DNA of 58,174 bases, counting the filler, from Sphacelaria rigidula (lineage: Eukaryota): NCBI GenBank assembly GCA_964200075.2. It is 7 parts of 7 records of this genome, joined end to end, with 100 filler letters (N's around TTAATTAATTAA, not from the genome) between each part and the next. Parts side by side here need not be neighbours in the genome. Positions count along the whole stretch, not along the records: positions 41,627 to 49,850 come from CAXNAA020011860.1; positions 49,951 to 58,174 come from CAXNAA020011861.1; 5 more parts are not named here. One strand, given 5' to 3'. The position numbers and the translations under genes were made by a program. Positions 49,578 to 58,174 of this stretch are shown one piece after another. The notes beneath the pieces were generated by a model. It was not told the origin of the DNA, did no database searches, and saw only the letters and a list, made by a program, of their open reading frames with translations. Each line of letters opens with the position of its first letter. The first letter of the stretch is position 1.

Positions 49578-49964
49578 ATCATATTCACCGCAGCATGTGT
49601 GTATCGAAATTTGTTCAGTGTGTGCTACTACAACCGGATTACCCATGCCGTCTGTGAACGTGTGTCAAATTTGTCAACGAAACCTGCTGGCAATGTCTGA
49701 ACCAGTTTGACCTCGAAAGGGGGGATCGTCATGGAGGGGGAAATAAGCCGGCCCCATCAACCATCAATGGTTAGACACCCACGAGGCAGTGTCGAAGCTG
49801 TGACTGTCTCTGGAAGTGGTGATACCATAAAACAAAGCAACTCATTGTAGNNNNNNNNNNNNNNNNNNNNNNNNNNNNNNNNNNNNNNNNNNNNTTAATT
49901 AATTAANNNNNNNNNNNNNNNNNNNNNNNNNNNNNNNNNNNNNNNNNNNNAAACAGTTCGCAAG

Positions 49965-50810
49965 TTGGGTTGCCCACTTGAGCCTCAATTCAGAGTTAAA
50001 CCTCAATTCTCACAATTTGCTGTTAACTCTATTCTCGACAGATTTGGCATGGGAAGCTGCAAGCCTCTCAGCATCCCCGGATTCGGTCCAGAGCTGTCGG
50101 TGAAACAGGCAGAGGAGACGCTACTCAACGCCGAGGATAAGCAGCGATACCAGACCATCATTGGTTCCGTCATGTACTTGGCTCAAATCACCCGCTACGA
50201 CATCATGTACTGTGCCAGTCAACTTGCACGGGCGATGTCGAACCCTTCGAAGATCCACATGGGAGCAGCAAAGCATCTTCTTCGCTACCTCTTCGGGTCT
50301 AAGGACTTCAGCATCATGTCCAAGAAAGGGGGATTGGACCTCACGGCATTCTCAGACTCCAACTGGAGCAACAACCCGGACAACAGAAAGTCCATGTCAT
50401 CGTACACCATGATGATGTCCAAGGCGCCGGTGAGCTTCAAGTTCGGACTTCAAAGCCTGACTGTCATGTCTACTATGGAGGTCGAGCTGGTGGCTGCAGC
50501 ACTCGCGATGAAGGAAATGATCTTCTGCAGCAACATGATGACGGAACTGGGATTCGGATATGAGTTCACGAGCGCGCCACTGTACATCGACAACACCGCT
50601 ACACTCAACGTGATCGGCAACCAGACCTTCAGCGGGCGCACAAAGCATGTGGCACTACGCTTCTTCTACGTCCGCGAGATCGTGAAGGAGGGGGGGATAT
50701 CCATCCACTACGTTCCGACCGAAGACAACCTCGCCGACATCGGAACAAAGCACCTCAACAAGCAACGTCACAAGTATCTCATCGACAAGATCACGAACTT
50801 CGGGACGTGA
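49965..50810 (+). mobile_element. Second Copia family: RT C-terminus and RNase H, 5'-truncated
   Basis: YQTIIGSVMYLAQITRYDI...AFSDSNW...MSTMEVEL...DNTATL...RTKHVALRFFYVRE...NLADIGTKHL. Homology starts near 50025. Confidence 0.92.
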
Positions 50811-51180
50811 CAAGCTTAAGGATCTTCAACAAGGATCTGCGACCAAGAACTTCAATCTACAAAATTCAGGGATCGCCCTGTTTTGACTTCGCGATTAGGG
50901 ACTAATAGTCATCAATAGTCCAGTATTCGCTACTACGTAGTTTTAGCAATATTTTTGCGTTGGATTATATACTTTGGTGCTTGGTACAGCAGCGTATCTC
51001 TGTCTCTTGAGTGCATCCTGTAGAAGATTGTATGCCATGAAATGCATTTCAAAGGTTTCCATTCCATGCATTAAGGGGAAGTGGTCGACACAACGTATGG
51101 TCTAGGCTACAGTATGTCTTTGAATGGATTTGAAGCATTTGTTATTGGAGCAGTATCAGGCAACTTCCAATGAGGGGGAG

Positions 51181-51544
51181 TGTTAGGGATAGACTTTGGC
51201 ATAGACTATCCAGGCAATGCTCAGTAACATAACGCAGGCAACATGTGTCGTTTGGTGCTTAAGCGAAGCAACCGCTGTCGGCTGAAACGTTGAAAATACG
51301 AACTTTCTAGAGTACGTCTAAAACAAGTACAGTACACTGTAGATCGATCTGAGTAACGGTCCAGTACGATCGAGAATCTTTGATGAGACTGAGATACGAA
51401 CTATTGGGAAGGGGAGCACAAGAGAACTCACGAGTACATCGCGAGCCCTACTCTTTCACTCTTCACTTCTCCAACTTCTCAACTGGACTTCGACAGTCCA
51501 TCGTACTCTTCAAGTCTTTGTCAGCCGCAAACGCCCATTCAACA
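51181..51544 (+). repeat. 3' LTR of the second Copia element
   Basis: PPT GAGGGGGAG (51172-51180) directly before TGTTAG; candidate end TTCAACA at 51544 (or 51550). Partner LTR not in window. Confidence 0.65.
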
Positions 51545-54144
51545 TCAACAAGTCTACAGCAGTAGCGTCACCTACTACCTGCAAACTAGCTGTAACGACT
51601 AACGTCTGTCGGTGTCAGCCTTTGCTATCACCTGCCGGGAACCACACGGAAATCCTGCAATAAATATAGCTCATCTACGAACATGAGCCAGTATGTGCGG
51701 GGAAATTACGGGGTACAGTATTCTAAGTATTCTAGGTATGTTACGCAGAAGGTTTCTTGTGGTTGAGGAACGTCAAATCGTTCCGCGTTCCTATATATTT
51801 GGGATATGTATTCCTATCTACTGTAGTTCGACTCATGCGCTAGCTGGAAATTTTGAATCGTGAGCAGTCCGGATAAGGTGGTGCTTTACGCACTTCTTCC
51901 TCTAAACTCTCTTCGCCCAATGTCCTTCGTGTGGATAGTAATTAATTACAGTATGAAGACACATTGAAAAGAGATAGTGATCTGTTTGGGCACACAGCAC
52001 GGGGCTGGCGGTGCTACACCCGTCATTTGATAAACATTTTATCAGCTTCACAGGCGAACATCGCTTCGAACAGCACATATATTGTTTTTCGTCGACATCG
52101 AGCGAGTTACGTTCTGGGACACACGTCCTCCTAGAGCTCTAGACGGCTCGAGTCAATGAGGGTTTTGGGCCAGTAAATTGGTTCCAGGCAGCGAAAGGGT
52201 TTGTGTTTTCAATGTACTACTTGGTGTGCGGTGAGCTTGCATACATGGTGTCGGGCACGACCCAGGAAATTACTTTTGACACCTGCCGAACTTCAAATGC
52301 CGGCAGTGCAAAAACATAAGCACGTTGTCACCAACCTGAGTCGGAGCAGTCAGCAGAGTGGTCATCGGGCGCTCGTGATTCAACACATATTATTTTGTTT
52401 TTCGTCGCACGTTGAACTTCTCCCCTCCTTCGGGATGAGTCCGTGGTTTCAAGGGATCAACTCATCTCTCCCCAGGTACGCGCCTTGCACTTTGGTCTCG
52501 CGGATTGGGTCGGCATTCCTGCACCGCGTCAACTCACCTCAAACAGACTCAGTCGACTGCTTTGCTACTCGCGCTTTCACGCTTTCCACAGTGGGAATCA
52601 GACATTCCGAAAGAAAACCCAACGCATCGGTAATCGAACCGTCGTTTTCTCCACTCTAATGGCGGTAGTCGGACCATTACACCACCGGGGCGCTTTATAC
52701 AACACAGACGAATTGATTGTTGTCTAATATCCCATACCAAATATGCCGGTCAGTAAGACCCTCTACTTCTCTATTCGCACATGAAATCGAATCAGAACCC
52801 CCCCCGAGCGCTTGCGGTTCGTATGTGGATGGCACGCAAACGCAGCTATGTGTTGAAAGATAGGTAGATGACAAACCAAACCCACTGCTGCTGGACCGGA
52901 CAACAGCCAACATGCTGGGAAGCTTCACGCGTCACATCATTCCGCCCACGAAGTGTCGCCACAGGATGGCCACAACCAGATTTGCTGCCGTGGGAAGACA
53001 AAGAGTGTAGTACCGCAAAAATAAAGCACCAAGAACATCACATCTTCCTGCCAAGTACGCACATCGATCTACATGGCCTGCGTGGCCAACTACAATCGTC
53101 TTTCGCCGAACGTCTTCACTCCGCTGTTCTCGTGCGACACTGGCAACAATAGAATTCTTCTCGAGCGCACTGGCGAATTCGCCACCTTCGACAGTACAGA
53201 AGAAGGGCCTGTATCGACCCGCGAAAGTCAACGACGTTGAACTCCGCAGATCGTACACAGCCCTGTGCTTCCGCCTCTTACCACTGGCGAGAGGGAGAAC
53301 TCTGGTGCAAGCGCCACCATTACTTACGGTATTAACGTGGACGTATAATGCCCTAGTACTTTGTACGTATCTGTTTCATTCGAATATCATATAAACATCT
53401 GGGATACCACATCACGGAGTCCGCCGCACACCACACGCACCGCCATGAAGCGCTATCGTCGCTACAGTTTTCTCATACTTTAGTGTCGCCTTCTGGTATT
53501 CAGAGCACCTACGTAGTATGGTGCCTGACACCAATAAATTCGTAAAAGACAGGTGTACATATATGTCAAGCGCGACCTTTCCTCCACATAAATGCACCCC
53601 GAATACGCAGAAGCACACCACGAGACGGCGACCGGCGGTATTACCATTCATTCAATGCAAGGATCAGCGTGCATTCCTACATCGTCATCAAGTGCCTCCA
53701 GTAAATGACCTCCGGTATAACCCTGGAGCTGCGGATTGTCATGGATCAACTCCTGATTCGACAACAGCTCGTCGTGGCCTCGCGACAGAAACACTGAAAA
53801 ACATCCCACACACCATGCAGCACTTTGTTGTGCATGAACTACGCAGCTGTTGTAGGCGATGCCCAGTACCACCCCAGAACGGAACGAGAGATTCCGAACG
53901 TAGCAAAGACTGCACACTTTTGCGAAGCACACACAGCCGGTGCGTCTCAACGAAGAGGCTGCCCCCAACAGTCGTTCAGCATATGACCTTTTCGATCCCC
54001 TTTACCACAAGCAGGCCTCGACAACACTTGCTCCAATTCCTTGTACTGGCATACTCGTGCCATTTCCGCACCCAAAGTCATCTGACTACCAGCAAATTGG
54101 TAGCCCTGGTCCTTCACTAAAGCTTGAAGCAGAGGATGCATTCT

Positions 54145-57100
54145 TTATGAAAAGATGTAAACGCTGATTCTGTTCCGTCCGCCGCAGAATTCGTCGGGGT
54201 CACCAGCGCACGCCATGGTGCAGCCGGTGGCCGGAGTGTCGGGCGTGTCAGAAGATTCGCCACAAAAGCACTGCAACATTGGTGGAAGGTAGTGGGAAAC
54301 AAAACGACGTGTGAATTGAGATATTCCTCGAAGTTATTAGCGGTAATACAACCGCGGTGCAAACCGCGGTCCTCCGAACTACTGGAATTCCGTACGCGCA
54401 TATCGGTGTTTCTAAGTGCTTTCGAGCATTGCAATCGAGAACCTCGACAAATGAATCTCGTTGCGGTTGCACCAAGGTCGCAGGAACTGAAAGCGGTTCG
54501 CTCTCAAGCAATGCAGAGTGACAGGCTTGACAACGATATTTTGTGAAGCTGAAGCCCAACTTCGTTACCTACAGGTATCTCAATCCCCAGCCATGGAAGG
54601 GCCCTGCGTCCATCACCCACCTCATTGGAGAATTCGGTGCCGAACTTGGGATAGTCGGTGCAGAATTCCGCGCATACCTGTGAAAACCACCACGGACACC
54701 ACCACGGCGGAGTTCAGTGCGTACACCGGGGGAAATGGCGTGACGGGCACACGGTAGCTGATTCATGGCGTCGAATACGCAGAGACATGAGGCCACTCGT
54801 CGTGCATGAATGGATCCTACCTCAGGAAGCAGCTGCCAAAACAAGTTCGATTGTCCCAATTTTCACAAGACTCCGATTACCAATTCCGAAACGGCACGAG
54901 AGGACACCTGCAGGAGCGAATCTGTGGGACAAGTCGGGGGGTTCAATGCAGTGCCGTAAAGGGCAAAGGTCCGTGGCATATCGCCATGATATTTTGATGA
55001 GATTGAGAAGATCCCGCCACTTCGAAAATATGACCGGAGCAGCGAACGTGAGCACTATAGTAGCTCTAAAGCATCTCCGAAAATCACGTTGTAGCATATA
55101 AGTTCCCGGTATGGTAAAACATCCTCCATTGTCTAGTCACCTCGGCAGTCATATCATCACTCCTAAGGGACGGGCCCGTGAGCACCCGGGCGCCGTCAAC
55201 CCAATCAGCGTAGCAATCGTCGAAAGTGTAGGACAGACTTGGAGTAGGCGTAGGACCACCAGCAGTCGGGACAGGCGTAGTCGGAGTAAGCGTAGTCGGA
55301 GCAGGCGTAGGCGTAGGTACAGGGGTCGGGGTGGGCGTAGGAGGTTCATCAGCCGGGGAAGGCGTGGGAGCAGGGGTCGCGGGAATGCACGCGACCACGT
55401 CGGGTCCCTCGTAGTTGGCGACAATCACCTGCGGACACGAAACGCGCATGAGAAGAGAGCAGCTCCAGTTGATACATGAGATAAAGCCACATGTCAACTG
55501 TACGTGCGACCGTGTCGGTAACTTGGCTTGTCCAACGCATTTGGTCGCAGGGCCTCACGGACGTGTTTCATCCATCGAGGACCTCTTCGCGGGGAAGCAC
55601 GGAACAACTCAAAATATTTTCCTGCTGTGCTATCGTGAGAATAAAGCGAACTGACCGCGTTGTCGTCCAGAGTCCCTGCATTGTCCTGGGTTGGAGAACC
55701 GGTTGGCTGGTCGGCCGTGGGGTACACCACATCGGGGTTCGACCAGGCGTGCAATCCGAAGGAGAATATCCCCAGACCGCACGGTGTACCCATGAGAGTG
55801 TAGAAGTTTCCCCTGAACAATAAGTGATTCAGATCATGGCAGGCAAAGATGTGCATGAACAACTTGATTCACGATGGTGGGTGCGATAGTCGTCGCAATA
55901 CCAAGCGGGTGTGGAACGAACTACCCTGAACACGCAACGCGGTATCACTGCAGGGGCCGCAGCGGTGGCTACATTTAGTATGCTTCAGAGTTTGAAGTGC
56001 TCCGTACTGATAGCTGTAATGCGTGAGAGGACCGCGTGCTTAGAGGACCGCGCCGTAGTTCAAAACGCCTCAGGATAGATTTTTCAAACCCAATCGAGCC
56101 AGTCCCTGCAGGTACCACGCCCCTGACTTGAACCCTAACACTAACCCTGACCCTGACCCTGACCCTAGGGAGGTTCAAATTCCGATGCGGTCCTCTAAGC
56201 ACGCGGTCATCTCACGCATTATAATAGCAACCGTTATTGCTTTCCTCAGCCAAGTGCGCATGAAGATTACGTGGTCACCCGCAGCTTTACCTCGTCCCTG
56301 TGTTGGCTATATGAAATAATTTTACATATATACGCTACCAAAGTAAAATGATCGGAAAAATACACCGGGCAAAGCATCATGCTACGGAGTACGGAGACCA
56401 CGAACTTTTAGGCGCGTGTATGACTCGCCGACACGACGATACCCAAACATGTAGCGTGTGACACTGCACGGAATAGGCGGTGCCTTTTTAGGCGGTGCCT
56501 TCTTACGCCATTTGTCTCGCGAGTGTACAAATACCATTGCGGCGGGTGAGAATCAAGAATTAGCTTTCTCACAGACCAGGGTCCTCGCAGTATTGGTAGC
56601 CAGCGATGCTCGTTGCGCCCAGGTTCTCGCCGATCAGCTTTGAGTGTGCATACTGGAAGAACGAGCACCAAGGATCCACAACCGAGTAGGCGAAAAACCT
56701 TCCCAGCCCGATTGGGTAGCTGCGTGCGGTGGAAAGTATGGGAAGGACAGAACAGGACGGCGATCGTCAGAAGACATCGAAGAAAATCGAGGCAAGCAAG
56801 ACGGTGACCCTGTTTGTTCATGGTCTTTGGTATCACACGGCTTGGTTTGGAAACGGCAGTCGGCAGGACACGTCATGTACCCCCACATATCACACGAGGC
56901 GGGTTTGATTTGAGAAATGTCGTGTTGTTCTGGCTTTTTGCCCCGATACCACAATCCGACAACCGCCATTCATGTTCAGCCTTCTGAAAGATGCCAGCGA
57001 TGTTGTTTTATCTCACTCGACTGTTTTCTTGAGTATATCATGCGATGTATCGAAGGTACACATGACACCTCAAGTCCTGCACCACTCACGCCTGCCCGCA

Positions 57101-58174
57101 GGAGCTGTAGTCAGCCGGGTGGAACACTTGCACGAGGTCAGCCTCCACGAAAGTCCGATACGCCTTAATCTGGGTTGAGTGTTGACCAACGAGCATGCGA
57201 AGAATAGATAGACTCGTGAGTACAACATCCAAAACGTACACTTCCACCAGTGTTGTTGCCGAATCAATCAGTGCATCCACGCTCCATGATAAGGTATCGC
57301 GTCGGTGAACGCCTTTATTCGATCTATTATGCTGATATTCTGACCACTCGGAATAGCTTCGCGTGTCGTCTCAACCCAACCGACATGCGTTAACGCTTGC
57401 TTTTACGCGTAGCAGGGCGACAGATACATGTGTGCGAACAGGTCCAGCATTTGGTACAGTCCAACCAAACGATGGCATGGTATTCAGCAAAGAATATAAT
57501 GTGAGCACAAAGAGCTCTTCGGCTTTGCCGGTGAGAAAACGAATGAAAAACGCGTCTCAAACCGATGTCACTCTGATGTTCTCGACGAACAGCCGGCGTC
57601 AACCAAGGCATAGTGAAGCAAAAACACAACTTCGAGGGGTCCTTTCAGTCTATGAAAATGACGGTTCTCGATCACGCGGACATTCCCTGTGGTTTGATAC
57701 ATAGTCTCACATCGGGGTGGTTCTTCGCCTCGTAGAGAGTGTTTTCCATCGAGTCACCGACCGGAAGCGTGTCGGCGGGATCCTGTGTTGAGAATGGGGC
57801 AACGAATGTCGAGCGAAACAAAAGGAGAGATTCAAACCAGAGGTTGTCAGTTTGTAGCGTCAAAAAACAAAGTCAAGAGGAGACGTATGTAATCAATCGG
57901 GTGCCCACTTGAGGAGTAACTAGAACTACGTATCGAAACTCGGTAATGCAACTGCTGACACAATTTGTGAGGGGGTGGATACCCTAACTATCAGCTTTCC
58001 TGAAGCGTGTGAGGCAGGCGGAGTATGTCGCGCGAAGGGCTGAAGGACGGTTTCTACCATATGCTCCCAGGTGACCGGGCCATACACTCATTATTGTGAG
58101 CAAGCAAGGAGCTCCTGCTGTAGGCTTTCCGTTCGCCTCACCTCAAGAATAGTGTCCAAGTGTATGATATCCGT
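54145..58174 (-). CDS. Reprolysin (M12B)-like domain lacking HExxH, Pro/Thr stalk and C-terminal WSC domain (5'-partial)
   Basis: Eight phase-consistent GT-AG exons: 58174-58142, 57782-57711, 57169-57090, 56719-56573, 55812-55656, 55428-55141, 54677-54621, 54270-54145. Motifs ADLVQ...CGQA, AYSVVDPWC, IGENLGA, FYTLMGTPC, WSNPDVVY, PTG...DNA, VANY; WSC CYAD...RVL...DMTAEVCAEFC...FGTEFSNECFCG...CTMACAGDPDEFCGGRNRISVY. Confidence 0.85.
56017..56233. mobile_element. Intronic MITE carrying telomere-like repeats
   Basis: 35-bp inverted repeat taatgcgtgagaggaccgcgtgcttagaggaccgc / gcggtcctctaagcacgcggtcatctcacgcatta (1 mismatch); internal aaccctaacactaaccctgaccctgaccctgacccta at 56131-56167. Confidence 0.8.

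Noticed and set aside
53518-54120. 200-aa plus-strand ORF
   Set aside because: No motif or coherent composition; likely a chance ORF.

Overview
Eukaryotic, intron-rich and repeat-rich DNA. Gene content (WSC-domain protein, ankyrin family, bipartite plastid leader, TTAGGG-type repeats) suggests a brown alga (Phaeophyceae); this is inference. The window is not one locus: it is seven blocks of 8224-8226 bp joined by identical 100-bp N-TTAATTAATTAA-N spacers, so nothing is syntenic across spacers. Block 1 holds TIR and foldback elements. Block 2 holds a full-length decayed Ty1/Copia element (457-bp LTRs) inserted in an exon of a hAT transposase. Block 3 holds two exons of a fucosyltransferase-like gene and a ~120-bp tandem array. 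Block 4 holds a probable first exon of a plastid-targeted protein plus repeats. Block 5 holds the last four exons of DDX27/DRS1 and several palindromes. Block 6 holds a six-exon ankyrin-repeat gene with a GC-AG intron. Block 7 holds a Copia 3' end and an 8-exon partial gene for a reprolysin (M12B)-like domain lacking its zinc motif, followed by a Pro/Thr stalk and a WSC domain; this is the most interesting item. All family calls come from motif recognition by eye; no searches were run.
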